Assembly: GCA_964016885.1 (NCBI GenBank)
Contig: OZ024743.1
Span: 153,202,001-153,266,000, forward strand
Source of the DNA: Eledone cirrhosa
Lineage: Eukaryota
Length of the DNA: 64,000 bases
Direction: 5' to 3'
How positions within the stretch are numbered: position 1 is the first letter of the stretch; the number at the start of each line of letters is the position of its first letter. Both the position numbers and the translations under genes were made by a program. The notes beneath the pieces were generated by a model. It had not been told where the DNA came from. It worked only from the letters and a program-made list of their open reading frames with translations, and did no database searches. Shown one piece after another: positions 11,911 through 25,240 of this stretch.

Positions 11911-12334
11911 TTAAATTAGTGGTGTCTTGTTCATTTGTTAATTGTAATCCATATCATTTAGGAAAATCATTTTCCCACTAGTAATGCTACACCACACCAT
12001 AAGAAGCGAGTTGCAAGATGATGATGTCGAAGTAGTTGAACGAGTGAGTAGCTTGTTGATCGAGTAATTGCAAGTGAAGTATGTCTCTGTGAGTCAAGAG
12101 AACTTTTGCCATGTTTGAGTAAACAAGTAGTTGTACGTGCTTGTTGTGGCATGAAGTGACATTACTGAAGGGAAAATGATTTTCCCAAATCACATGGATA
12201 AGAGTTAAAAATGAACAAGACCCCACTAATTTAAATGTTCTTATTTATTACACGATTTACTTAGAAATCTTGTGCAGCAATGAACAACAGTAAAAGACGC
12301 AAGGAAAGATTGTTTCTACTTTTGGTACAAGACG

Positions 12335-12490
12335 AGCAATTATCCCAGTGCATTACTGGTGCTTTCTTTTATCGACCCGAAAGGATGAAAGGCAAAGTTA
12401 ACCTCAGCGGAATTTTAACTCAGACCGTAAAGGGCCGTGACTCTATGCTTCTAAGCATTACGTCCGACCCTCTACTGATACTGCCAACTC
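12335..12490 (-). mobile_element. tRNA-derived SINE, diverged copy
   Basis: Reverse complement matches 3884-4071. Confidence 0.85.
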
Positions 12491-13259
12491 AAAGATTACA
12501 GTATATTATGTGTGCATGTACATAACATTTTAAATCATAAATTGAACACTTAATTTTTATATACAACATTTTTCAGAAGGAAAATAAAAATAGTTCTTCT
12601 AAACAATTATATAGTTCATTTGTTTTTTTTTTGTTTTCCTTTTCTTCTGTGTTTGTGCTTTTTTTTAATGAGTATGTTTTCACTGCCATAGGTCATAATT
12701 TCATTCTGTTGGTCTGATATAGTTGTAGTTGTTATTGCTACATAAGATTTTGTTGCCACAGATTTTGTGGTTATTGTTGCAACCATTGTTGTTATAGTGT
12801 TGATCCATTGATATCAATAGTTTTGGGATGTAAACATTTTGTATTTGGTATATAGTGCTGTAATTTTGATGAAAGTTGTTTTCTTTTTGTTTGTAAAAGT
12901 TGTATGTTTGTTGTAACTATAAGAAATTTCCATGTTTGTAAAACTGTTCTGACACTAGTGTACCAGCCATGTACTTAGGTTAATTTATTATTCATATGAA
13001 GTTTTCTAGATGTATATGGAATCATAACAATAGAAGATGCAATTTTGATATGGATTAACTTTGAAATACCCAGTGGGGAAGTTTTCTCTTAGGATCCTAT
13101 GATGCAACAAAGTGAAATAATTATTATCAAAGTTGAAATACAAAATAGAAAAAAAAAATGTTTGATAGTTATGTAATTAATTAAATTCTCTGTAAATAAT
13201 GTTTTCTGATTTAAATACAAGACCAACAATTTTGGGAGGGGGAAATATTGAATAAATTG

Positions 13260-13355
13260 ACATCAGTGCATTACTAGTACTTTATTTTATCAACACTGTT
13301 AGGATGAAAGGCAAAGCTAACCCCATCAGTATTTGATCTCAAAACGTAAAGGGCT
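13260..13355 (-). mobile_element. Old SINE fragment of the same superfamily
   Basis: cagtgcattactagtactttattttatcaac...ggatgaaaggcaaag...atttgatctcaaaacgtaaaggg. Confidence 0.7.
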
Positions 13356-15948
13356 GTATAATAAATAATGAAATTGATTTTTTGTATTTCCAATAATGAA
13401 GCAACAAACAACCCCTCCTCCCCCCCATCCCCCCAAAAAAGAAAAAAAGAAAAAAAGAAAGACAATTGGGACGGCATAAATTCAGCAGTTTTGTTTTTTA
13501 GTTCCAATCCCAACTAACACCATTAACTATTCTGGTTATAAGCTAGATAGATCCTTTACATTCCTCTAGATATAGCTGTTAAATCTCCCTCAAATCACAC
13601 ATTACTGGAGAAACCCATTAGATAATGTAGTACTGGATTCGTCACATTTAAAAATAAAAATGATAGGATGGTTAGTCATGGATGGAATGTCTTTGATGAT
13701 AAGTCTTTTTAATCAAAGCTGACCTGCAACTAAACATTAACAACAACGACAAAATTCCATAACTTGGAGATAAGAGATGATTGCCTATTGATTTGTTTTT
13801 TTACAAACAAATGATTTATCTGTTTCCACAAATAACAAGATCAGTTGTAGTTTCAATATGAAACTCTAAACCGTGTTATGAAGATCAATAACAGTTGTTA
13901 TATTGGTTGAGAAAATAAAAGAAATCCTTCAACTACCTCCCTTACCAGATCACCAGATCATAGTCTAAGAAGAGAGAAACAGCCAGTTTGATTGAATTTC
14001 TGCTGTGCTGGCAAAAACAAAAAGAAGTGAGAGAGAAGCACAAATAGACAGCCAGAATATTCTAAATTAAAATCTGTACATTAAGAATTAAAATGACCCG
14101 TTTTAGTCCTGAGTCTAAATTTGAGTAATGGAAGCAAATTAGACAAGGGATAACAACAACAATAAAATAAACTAAATTAAAACTGAAAGGTGAATGGCAA
14201 ATCTCAAATTTATCAATTTATGGAAAAGATTAAAGTGGTAATGCTATTTCTTTATTTCAATTTATATTTCTTTTAATTCCATTTCTTCACTATTTTTTCT
14301 TTATCTTTATAGACCTCTTGATATGATTGGAAGCAGACATGCCACCTGCTTGATTTAATCCATTGAGGGTTTTGTTACTCTAATAGGCTAAGATAGAGGG
14401 CCAGGAAATTTGATTCCTCCTGTCATCATTTGCTGCTAAAAGTAGCTTGCTAACATTTTTTGTATGTGATTAATGAGATTTCTATTAAGTCTCACAAGAA
14501 CAAGTAGCAGAGTTGATGAAATTAATAGAAAATTGTCAGCTTCTTATTTGGTCTGGTAACCTGAGAATTAACTTTTCAGGTTCATTTGTAAAGAGATTAT
14601 GTTAAGAGAAAAAGACAAAAGAAAGAAAAAAAGACAAGACCCCTTCCACTCACAGAGTTTATAGTATTTAATAAATCCTGTAAAAGATGTGAGTGGTGGA
14701 AATAGTGTAATGCATTCTAACAGGAAAAATAACAAACTTTCTAAAAAATAACAAGAAAAGAATTTCATGAAATATCACATGGCAGTAAACTCTTTATATT
14801 CTAAAAGCTTCATAAGGAAGTTGTCTTAAATCTATATTTGACCTGTGTTATTGGAAAGCCTTCTTGAAATGTCATTTAAAAACCAAAAGTAAAAAGAGGA
14901 AAAGAAAAAAAATCAATCTAATACTATGATGGTAGTGTAAAGTCAAAACCATTAACATATAAGCTTTCAAGGGTTGAAAGGTATGAGAGACATAATGTTT
15001 TATATTTAATTTCTCTCAAGCATTAAACCATTTTTGTTTAGGCTTTTACAACAGAGAAGTGTAGCAGATTTAATTAACCACAATATATTACTGGTGCTTA
15101 TTTTATTGAGACTGTGAAAGAAATGTCAAAACATCTATAATTCAAATATCTAAACTCAGATATGGGAAATACAGAACAAGATATTGGGAGATATATTTGT
15201 TTGTCTTTATATTACTCTGTTGTCCTCATATAATATACTATTCCCACAAATCATTCCTCTACAAAGTGCAGGACTTGGTAAAATATTTTATGGAAATCCA
15301 TAGGTTGCTCATGCATGCACGCCTTTTTCGCTGCACCACCAGTAATGTCCAAGGGAAAGGGCTGATATAGCTTGGTAGCAATATCCTCACAGACATTGAC
15401 ACCAGAATGTAAATTGCTGGAAAAAAAAATGATAAGGCATGCTGTCAAATGCTCTAACAATTCTGTTGATCACCTGCCCAGAACTGGCACTCTCTTATCG
15501 ACTCTGAAATGATCAAAACCAAATAAGGGAACTTATATTAACAATAATATAAGCAGATGGATGATAATATATATATATATATATTAAAACTGTTTAATGT
15601 CTATTTTCTACATAAAAAAAAATAACATTCGAACACCAACCATATGTGAAAAAACCCACAAACCCTCCATCTCAATTTTACTTTTGAAAAGCATAAGAAA
15701 TGTGAAACCAGTAAAGGAATCAAATAAATATTCTTAAAAAGACTCCAGTTACATTTTCGATTTATTTTCCTTATAAATATATAAATTAGGATTGGTGCTC
15801 TGAAATAGCGATGTAGACATGAATGTACGGATAGTATATTTGGCAATATACCGTATGTTTAATTAAAAAACATTTAGAAGACAATACGCTATCATTTTAA
15901 AGTAATGACTATGTCACTTACTTCTTTTCGGCGAAAGAAGGGAGAGAA

Positions 15949-15987
15949 GCTGACAGTCTGTTTCACGCTGGTTGGCATCATCAGAGC
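15949..15987 (-). ncRNA. Type I hammerhead (family A, canonical C3-G8 core)
   Basis: Minus strand reads GCT-CTGATGA-tgc caacca gcgt-GAAAC-agact-GTC|AGC. Confidence 0.75.
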
Positions 15988-16769
15988 CACATACTCCCCT
16001 GCTTTCGCTGAAAATTATAGAAGCTGTATTCTTATAGAATTCCAGTAATAATCAGGAGCTGATTATACAGAGCGATTGCCGGTCCAGCAAAAATTAGGTA
16101 TTAGGATTGGTGCTCTGAAATAGCGATGTATATATGAATGTATGTATAGTGTATTTGGCAATGTACCGTATGTTTAATTAAAAACATTTGGAAGACCATA
16201 CGCTATCATTTTTAGGGTACATAGTTGTTATTAGTGTCAAAGGCATCATGTGGAGATTCAAGAGTTAAAAAGATGTTCCGCTTGAAATAACACAATTACA
16301 GGCAGCACTGGTTGGAAGTGTAATAGGTATAAGTAAAAGCAAAAAGCACAGTGAAAAAAATCACAAGCAAAAAAACACAAGGAAAGAAGTTATAAGCAAG
16401 GACAATTGGTGTACAATGCAGGAGTCAATACAGTCAATAATACTTTTTTTCGGCGAATGATTAACACCACCCAACGTGAAACAGACTGTCAGCTTCTCCC
16501 CCTTCTTTCGCCGAAAAGAAATAAGTGACATAGTCACTACTTTAAAAATGATAGCGTATGGTCTTCTAATTGTTTTTAATTAAACATACGGTATATTGCC
16601 AACTATACTATAGATATATTTATGTATACATCGCTATTTCAGAGCACCAATGCTAATACCTAATTTTTGCTGGACCGGCAATCGCTCTGTATAATCAGCT
16701 CCTGAATATTACTGGAATTCTCTAAGAATCCAGCTTCTATAATTTTCGGCGAAAGCAGGGGAGTACGTG

Positions 16770-16809
16770 GCTCTGATGAACGCCAACCTGCGTGGAACAG
16801 ACTGTCAAC
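16770..16809 (+). ncRNA. Family A hammerhead copy with GAAA changed to GGAA
   Basis: GCT-CTGATGA-ACGC caacct GCGT-GGAAC-agact-GTC-aac. Confidence 0.65.
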
Positions 16810-16960
16810 TTCTCTCTCTTCTTTCGCCGAAAAGAAGTAAGTGAAATAGTCATTACCTTAAAATGATAGCGTATTGTCTTCTAAATGTTTTTTAATTAAA
16901 CATACGGTATATTGCCAAATATACTATCCGTACATTCATATACATACATACATACATACA

Positions 16961-17056
<96 letters not shown>

Positions 17057-17107
17057 TATCTATACAAAGTGTTAAAACGATCAAATTTTAATTTAGAACA
17101 TTTATTA

Positions 17108-17152
17108 GCTGACAATTGTTTCTTCTAGAGGGAAGTCTGGAATCATCGGAGC
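17108..17152 (-). ncRNA. Minimal hammerhead in the PLE pLTR (U4C substitution)
   Basis: Minus strand reads GCT-CCGATGA-TTC cagacttccctcta GAA-GAAAC-aatt-GTC|AGC. Confidence 0.7.
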
Positions 17153-18173
17153 ATAAGGAATGTCGAAAACGTGTAACAAGAATCCTAGTCATTTAGAAAA
17201 TGTAGGGTACATAGTTGTTATTAGTGTCAAAGGCATCATGTGGAGAGTCAGGAGTTAAAAAGAGGTTCCGCTTGAAATAACACAATTACAGGCAGCACTG
17301 GTTGGAAGTGTAATAGGTATAAGTAAAAGCAAAAAGCACAGTGAAAAAATCACAAGCAAAAAAACACAAGGAAAGAAGTTATAAGCAAGGACAATTGGTG
17401 TACAATGCAGGAGTCAATACAGTCAATAATGCATGTATGAGAAAAGAGTTATAATGCAGTTGAAATAAATATATTTTGTGTGGGGCGTTAAAGCATATTA
17501 TAATTGTTATAAATGTTTAAGATAGTGTGCAATTTGTTAGAGAGGCATGTTGTGATAATGCAGGTATTTGTTATGTAAGGTGTAATATAAAGCACTAGAT
17601 AGAGTTGGGTATGTGATTTTCATTTATGTGATTTTGTGTTGTAGTTCGTATTTATGTGTATGTGTTGTTTGTTACTCACATCTAGTAACCCTGGGATTAT
17701 TTTAAGTCGTTTATAGTCAATAGGTGTTTGTTTGTCAAATGTAAAATCCTCCGAATTACTGGCCATATTGTTATTGTAGGTATATTATCTTATGCATTTT
17801 TTTTCAGTAAATTATCTTTTCTAGGGTTTGTATTAACCGTTATTAAGCTGTTGGTAAACCGTTAGGTTAATTTTATAAGTTTACACAGGAAGTTGTAAAG
17901 GGGGTTAATAACAAAGGGAGGTAATTAATGTTGTTGATAAATTAAGTGTTGTTATAATATTGTGGTAGTGTTATAAATTAAACTATATAGAGTATATAAA
18001 ATATAAAATATAAAATATTCTTGGTTATATAATTGTTATCTTTTAAACTTGTGTGTGTGTGAGGAGGGGGGTAACAGGTTTTTTAAATTTAGTTTATTAT
18101 AACTAGATAGTTTTTACATAGTTAGTATATGCATGTAAAATAAAGGCATATACATATGTGTGACAATGTATAA

Positions 18174-18204
<31 letters not shown>

Positions 18205-18317
18205 TATCTGCACACACACATATACACACATATACACACACACATATACATATATATATACACACACATATACACACTCATATATACACATACATATATA
18301 TATATATATATACATAT

Positions 18318-18373
<56 letters not shown>

Positions 18374-18563
18374 GAGTTGCATAATATATACTGGAGTAAT
18401 TGGTGTTATATACACAGTTGTCTGCTATTTAGTTGGTGTTGTATATTGTGAATTTATTAGGGTGTCTATATCATTTAAATATTTTAATTGTATAATGTGA
18501 TAAATCAAACAAGGGGTTTATTGACTGTATGTAGGTCAGTATGTAGGTGTAGTCCCATATTCG

Positions 18564-18624
18564 TGAAGGTCTAGTTGGATAAATGAAGGTCTAGTTGGAT
18601 AAATGAAGGTCTAGTTGGATAAAT
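18564..18624. repeat. 20-bp tandem repeat, 3 copies
   Basis: tgaaggtctagttggataaa repeated three times. Confidence 0.95.
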
Positions 18625-19819
18625 TACAAGGTGGTGGTCTAGTGTTATCTCCGACATTGGTCTTTATTTTTATTTTTATTATTATTAGTTGCTAGGTTTG
18701 AAGTAGTGGAACGAGGATCTATGGTAATGCGGACACGTGTAGAAGATCTCTGATATCCTATTTAGTAGGCTAAGGTTAGAGTGAATGATATTTTTAGACT
18801 CGAGGATGCAAAGGTTACAACATTTGTTAGGTGGTTTATATGAAGGGGCCCAAGCTATTACTTCCCATTTTAAGGTGTATGGTATATTACTTGATTTTAA
18901 TGAGTGTATGTATGTGGATATTGAGGTTACGTTGCTAAGTTTAGGGTTCTCTGAACGAATGAAGGTGTGAATTATATCTGGTCTTAAAGCTATTCGATGT
19001 AGAGCCTATATATACTTTCGAGATGTGATTGGCGGTTACAGTACCAGAGTAGACAATATCTTTAATTAGGCAGTTCTTATTTAATGGACATGTCTTGTTA
19101 GGCCTACAGTTACAATTGTTTTGTTTACTAGTATACTTGTTAAGGGGGTATGCATTTGAGTGGTTGTTTCCGTTTCTAATTCTAGTGTTATGATTATGGT
19201 GAGTGTTATTAATATTTGTATTATTAGTATGACTTATTGTATGGTCTTGTACTGTGTTGTTGTTCAGGTTATTTCTATGCTGGACATTATTACTTTGGTG
19301 TAGTTTGAATTACTTTTCAATCGTTCACTTGTTGGTGCTGTTAGGTCTGGTGGAGTAGGATATTTTAATTGTGTTATTGTTAAATAGGTTGTGGTATTTA
19401 TGGTTAGTTGGGAAGTTTTTGTCTAGAGTAGCGAAGAAAGCTTTAGGTATGTTTGTTGATACATTTATGTCGAACGGAGGGTAAAACGGCTCTGTAAAAC
19501 ACTTGAAAATTTGCATTGAGCCTTTTGCATACCGGTAACCGGCTGCATATTTATAGTTATATCAAACATATATAAATATAAATATAAATATTACTATATA
19601 TATATATACACATATATATGAATTTAGTATTTCTGGTAATATTATAACAATATGACCTTCCCAAAGTATAACAATATATATATATATATGTATATATATA
19701 CACACATATATATATACACCCTCCCACGCGCAACAAACATACACATACATACACACACACACCCAACCATATTTACAAATACATATATACACACAAACAT
19801 AGACATATATATATATACA

Positions 19820-21160
19820 TCACTTTACCACTTCTTAGAGCTATCAATTTCGATAAAACGCTCACAGTGTTTAAGGATTTCGAAGTTGATGTCATCCTCA
19901 ATGCCCGTAAGTCGGTGATTAATTTCGACGACTCTATTTGGATAAAAAATCTAATAGTACCACATTCGACTTGAGTATGGGCGTCAGCGATTCGGCGGAG
20001 GTTACAGATCTTATCGGATTTTCCTTCTTTTCTCTATCAAGGAAGAATTCTCTAAAGTAGGCGGCGGCTTGTACCGCGATGACGGTCTTTTGAACATGAC
20101 AAAGTGCGGTCCCGGTTCTTGCGACAGGTTTAGAAAAGAACTCACAGCTTCCTTTAAAGGCTTCAACCTCTCTATACAGGTTGAGGCCAACCTTTCGGTC
20201 GTAAACTACATCGACGTTACTCTCAATTTGTCGAATGGCTTGCACTACCCATATAGAAAGCCGAATGATACGCTTAATTACATCAGTAAGCATTCTAACC
20301 ATCCTGCCAGCATAACCAAGAACCTGGTAAGAAACTTTCATTGAGGCTTTCTCGTCTATATACAAACGAGCATATTTTCACCAACCATTCCACATATTAC
20401 AATGAAGCTCTTGCTCGGAGTGGATTTGTCGATAAGGTAGCATATACTAAGTAGGAGCATAAACCTAGAAAAAATAGATCCCGACGTATTATATAGTAGA
20501 ACTCATCATATAATATGGAGGTGACCACATCATTAGCTAAAATGTTTCCCTCCCTTATTAAGAAGAATTTCCCCTCCGCACATATAATAACATTTTAAAG
20601 AAAAATACCGTTAAAATATCTTACTCCACGACTCCTAACTTTGCACATGACATCACTGCTTCAAATTTAGCTAAATTACCTAGCCGTAGTAACACATGCA
20701 ACCCTGGAGCTAGTACTAACTGTAATTGTAGGAATCGGGTTGACTGCCCTCTATCCGAGAAATGCCTCTCCAGTAACATTGTCTACAAATGTAAGGTCGA
20801 CACACCCACGTCTAGTAGGGCCTAGAGAGGGTTAACCGCCAATAGATTCAAGCAGCGTCTTTACATGCACACCCATTCTTCTCTTAACCCTTTAAGAAGG
20901 AACATGACGTCACTTTTAGCTTATATCTGGAGTCAAAAAGCAACCACACCCAATATTGGTTACACTAGGAGATCCTAGCTAAGGCTAGATCGTATAACGG
21001 AAATAAAAAGACCATGAGATCTTTGCACCGCTGAATTCCTAGAAATACTCTACGCCAATATCACATCTTAAACAAAAAATCTGAAGCAATTTCGGCTTGT
21101 AAATACAAATTGCATAAAACTTTCCTGTATTACAGCCCCGCATTATACCCTAACGGATAG
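19820..21160 (+). pseudogene. Degenerate PLE RT plus GIY-YIG
   Basis: Motifs FDLSMGVSDSAEVTDLIG, GGLYRDDGL, YIDVTLNL, SNHP and CNCRNRVDCPLSEKCL..VYKC. Multiple stops and frameshifts. Confidence 0.88.
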
Positions 21161-21610
21161 TACGAACAATACGCAGATAATATACGTCTTGATGTGGTAG
21201 CTAAGTATATTTAATGTTTATACCATTACTTATTCGTATAGGTAAGTATACCATACCCGTATGGTTGTGGAGGTACGTATACTTTCTCGTACGTATATAT
21301 GTTTGTATATGCTATCGGTGCATATATTTTATATACTGGTATGTGTGTATATGGTTATGTCTATATGTGTATGTGTGTATATATGTATTTGTATATATTT
21401 TGCATATTAATTTGTATATTATATATATATGTATATATATATATGTGTGTGTGTGTGTACGTGCGTGTGGGTATGTGCTTGTGTGTGTATGTGTGTGGAT
21501 GTATGGGTGTATGTGTATGTGTATATATGTGTATTATATTTGTTTATTTCCGTGTGTGGATTTCTATACATATTTATATATATGTATATGTGTGTATATG
21601 TGTATGTATA

Positions 21611-21667
<57 letters not shown>

Positions 21668-21746
21668 TATATTATAATTTGAGATTAAACTCTCAGTCGT
21701 TTACAATAAATCAGCTCCAAGAAAAGGGGCATTTCCGAGCAGTTAA

Positions 21747-22249
21747 ATATATATGATAAACACAAAACGTGTTTGCATTGCAACAGACAAAGTTAGCTAT
21801 TAATGAAATAAACTAATTAAAATGAATACAATTTATCTGTCTCGATATAAGTCAATAAAGACAAGCTTATATTGGCAAAGGCCGTGATTCCTGGACAAAT
21901 CTAAATTTCAAAATCCAAACCCGCTCCGTAGATGAATTTGAATTTCGAAACCTAGATATGTTTTGCAACGATGGTACGTGAATTGAAAAATAAAGAGAAT
22001 CGAAATGGAATTAAAATAAAAAGTGAAATATCCAAATCTTCTGTGCTTATCAACAGGAACCCAGTAAAATTAGCATATCTCACCATCAAAAATTTTGCAG
22101 GTCTGACTACACGTGTGTCTAGCCAGGCCAGAGTAGCCGTCCCGCATTCCCGGTGCTAGAAATAACAGCCGTAAATTGTATTCATTTTAATTAGTTTATT
22201 TCATTAACAGCTAACTTTATCTGTTGCAATGCAAACACGTTTTCTGTTT

Positions 22250-22260
<11 letters not shown>
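21747..22260. repeat. ~90-bp inverted repeats bounding a ~0.5-kb non-coding element
   Basis: 21747-21836 is the reverse complement of 22172-22260. Abuts (TA)n. Confidence 0.8.
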
Positions 22261-22285
<25 letters not shown>

Positions 22286-22314
22286 TATATAGATATAGAT
22301 ATATATATATATAA

Positions 22315-23931
22315 GACCCAAGAAGCAATAAGATGGTTTAATAGCATTAGCAATAAGAATAAATCTAAGTTTATCCAGTTTGATATCGATGAATATTACT
22401 CATCGATATCACCTGAAACTTTGAATAGAGCCATTAAGTTTGCTAAGGATAACTCTGACCTTACAAACGAAGAAATTAAGATTATATTAGAAGCTAGGAA
22501 AACTATAGTCAAATTTGAGAACAGTTATTGGGTACGTAAAGAAAGACCCTGTAACTTTGACATAACAATGGGCTCTAACGATTCGGCGGAAATAACTGAT
22601 ATTGTGGGGTTATTTATCGCCTTTAGACTCCAGGAAAAATTCAGCAATCTCCACGGCGGAATATACCGCGACGATGTTCTCCTCCTAGTTAAAAACCTAA
22701 ATAACCCAAAACTAGAAAAACTACGCAAAGATATAAGAAAACTACTACTCGAAATAGGACTAACTATAACATATGAATACAACCTTAAAGTAGTTAACTT
22801 CCTGGATGTCACACTCAATTTAAACTCTGGTCTGATTAAACCGTTTCATAAATTGAATGAAAATCTCAAATATGTAAATGTTGGGTCTAACCACCCCATC
22901 TCTATAATTAAATCTATCCCTAAAAATATTTCCCTTAGAATCTCGGGTCTATCTTCTAACATACAAGTATTTAAGGAACACGCCGAGTACTACGATAACG
23001 CCCTTAGTAAAGCAGGCTACCTCAACAAAATAGAGTATATAGATGGGAACAATAAAAACACCCAAAATAAATCCCACATAGGTAGATATAATAACACAAC
23101 ACCAAACCACACTTACTACCATAGTATGCACACCAGTAAACCAACAAACAAAACTAATAGAAAGCGATGCAAAGAGTACTTATGGTATAACCCCGAATAC
23201 AATAGTTCCATTAGTACAAATTTACCAGTACTCTTCTTTAAAATAATTAAGAGACATTTTCCTACATCACACAAATACCACAAAATCCTAAACCCTACCA
23301 CTATAAGACTGTCATACTCTACAGCGTTAAACCTTGAACAACACATAAAAAAGATCAATACTAGAAGTTTAAACGAAAACACTAAAAACTTAAGTACAAA
23401 GAACACAAAAAAACAGTAGACAATACACTACAGAACATAAATAAACCACACCTAAGTTCGTCCGCAATACTACTCCAGAGAAAACCCAACGTACACAACT
23501 GTAACTGCACCTATCCTGACAACTGCCCCCTCGGCAATAACTGCCTGGAAAAAAATATTATTTATAAGTGTACCATTAAATCCGGAGGCAACGAGTGGTA
23601 TTACGTGGGATCAACGGCAACATCGTTTAAATCTCGATTATATAGGCATTCTTACTCAATAAAACACCAGAGCCAAAGAAATGTAACAACTTTAGCAGAA
23701 AAAGCTTGGACGCTCAGGGATAGCGATCAAAAGTTTACCCTAAAATGGGAGAAATTAGCTAAAACCCAAAGCTTTTCCAGGAGCCAAAATTTCTGCAAAT
23801 TGTGTAATCTTGAGATTTATTACATAATCACACACAAGAAGAAATTGCTGAATAACAGAATTGAACGAACATTATTCTGCCGTCACCGAACTAAAACCCT
23901 TTTTCCCCACTACAAGCCGAATATTACATAA
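22315..23931 (+). pseudogene. PLE RT plus GIY-YIG, 5'-truncated at (TA)n, one frameshift in the linker; best-preserved PLE here
   Basis: Motifs FIQFDIDEYYSSI, FDITMGSNDSAEI, GIYRDDVL, FLDVTLNL, CNCTYPDNCPLGNNCL, YVGST..FKSRL, CKLCNLE and CRH. Confidence 0.92.
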
Positions 23932-24207
23932 AAGAGGGACATCCCCCCAACTATATAAACCTCAATCTAGTTAGAAAAATATAAAAACAATCTCTTTTCA
24001 ACATATATATGTATATTAATAACCTCAAATTACCACACTAATAATGGAAAGATATACTGATGAGAATAGGTGCAAAAATGCGATAATGAATGTGTCTAAA
24101 AGCGACCTTAAGTATGTATATATATGTGAAAATGTATATAAATAAGTAAATATATATATATGTTTGATGTGTATAGTTAGATGTAAGTGTATTCATGTAT
24201 TAAAGTG

Positions 24208-24309
<102 letters not shown>

Positions 24310-24314
24310 TATAG

Positions 24315-24345
<31 letters not shown>

Positions 24346-24900
24346 CACATAGACTAGAGTATGTATGTATATATGTGTGTGTCTATACGTGTGTATATAA
24401 AGATAAGTTGAGTATACAAATGTATACACATGAACGCGTATGTATGTACATGAATACATGTGTGTATATATATATGTATGCATGTGTGTATATATATATG
24501 TATGCATATATATATGTATATATGTATGTAAGTATGAACATGTTACTATGTGAATGTGAGTATATGTATTTTGTAGAGGTGTGCAAATATGTTTGTGTGT
24601 GAATACGTGGGTGAAAGGATACGTACACTTGAAAGAAAAATTTAAGTCTGAATGTTAATTAAGTGCAAACACAAAACAACCACGCATATCTTTACTATCT
24701 CTAATCCTTCTATAGATTTAGAAAAATAACCAATAATATATTCTATAAAAATGTCAAAACAACAGATGGGAATCTAATTACTCACTGCCACCAAAAATTC
24801 TCACTGCTATCAAAAAACCACTCCCTCAACTATTCTTCTAACAACTTCACCCCTCCCTCCTAATATTCTCTATAAAAACCAAACAGGCCCTCAGTAATAT

Positions 24901-24950
24901 TATTCTGATGAAATGACAGTAAATAATAACATTGAAATATTGAATGTCTA
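24901..24950 (+). ncRNA. Candidate degenerate hammerhead downstream of the PLE
   Basis: CTGATGA-AATG...CATT-GAAA-tattgaat-GTC. Stem I does not pair. Confidence 0.4.
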
Positions 24951-25054
24951 CATAACTAATACTTTGTAGATAGCAGCTGTTTTCAGGTTATGTAACTGTT
25001 ATAGAAACACGTGTCAATAAATATCTTTCAACTAAACTGTATCCATTCAAATCT

Positions 25055-25137
<83 letters not shown>

Positions 25138-25141
<4 letters not shown>

Positions 25142-25240
25142 AACGAGTAGGACCCCGACGGCTGAGCTCAAGCCGTTCCGACGGCTAATTCTGGACTTGA
25201 AACGGCTTGAGCTCAGCCGTCAGTGTCCTACTCGTTCCTA
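25138..25240. repeat. Fold-back containing the 3' half of a hammerhead
   Basis: 25138-25177 is inverted relative to 25201-25240. Contains GAAAC-GGCT tgagctc AGCC-GTC. Confidence 0.6.

Larger units (their letters stand above)
15786..16940. mobile_element. Family A retrozyme-like element: 316-nt tandem units arranged as inverted arms
   Basis: 316-bp period on both arms (15786/16102 on minus; GTC sites 16490/16806 on plus). The arms are reverse complements. Homologous to 637-1112. Confidence 0.85.
17090..19487 (-). mobile_element. Penelope-like element, 3' part (RT C-terminus, GIY-YIG remnant, 3'UTR, pLTR)
   Basis: FYPPFDINVSTN..LDKNFP..LFNNNTIKISYS at 19325-19487, CNCRPNKTCPLNKNCL at ~19070-19120, and CCNLCILE at ~18800-18825. 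Confidence 0.85.

Noticed and set aside
18564-18624. Short direct repeats resembling a CRISPR array
   Set aside because: There are no spacers, the context is eukaryotic TE sequence, and no cas genes are present.
19490-19550. TTGAAAA followed by a hairpin as a possible U3-A8 HHR
   Set aside because: No GAAA or stem I partner was found.
24057-24110. CTGATGA motif in the PLE 3'UTR
   Set aside because: No paired stem II or downstream GAAA.
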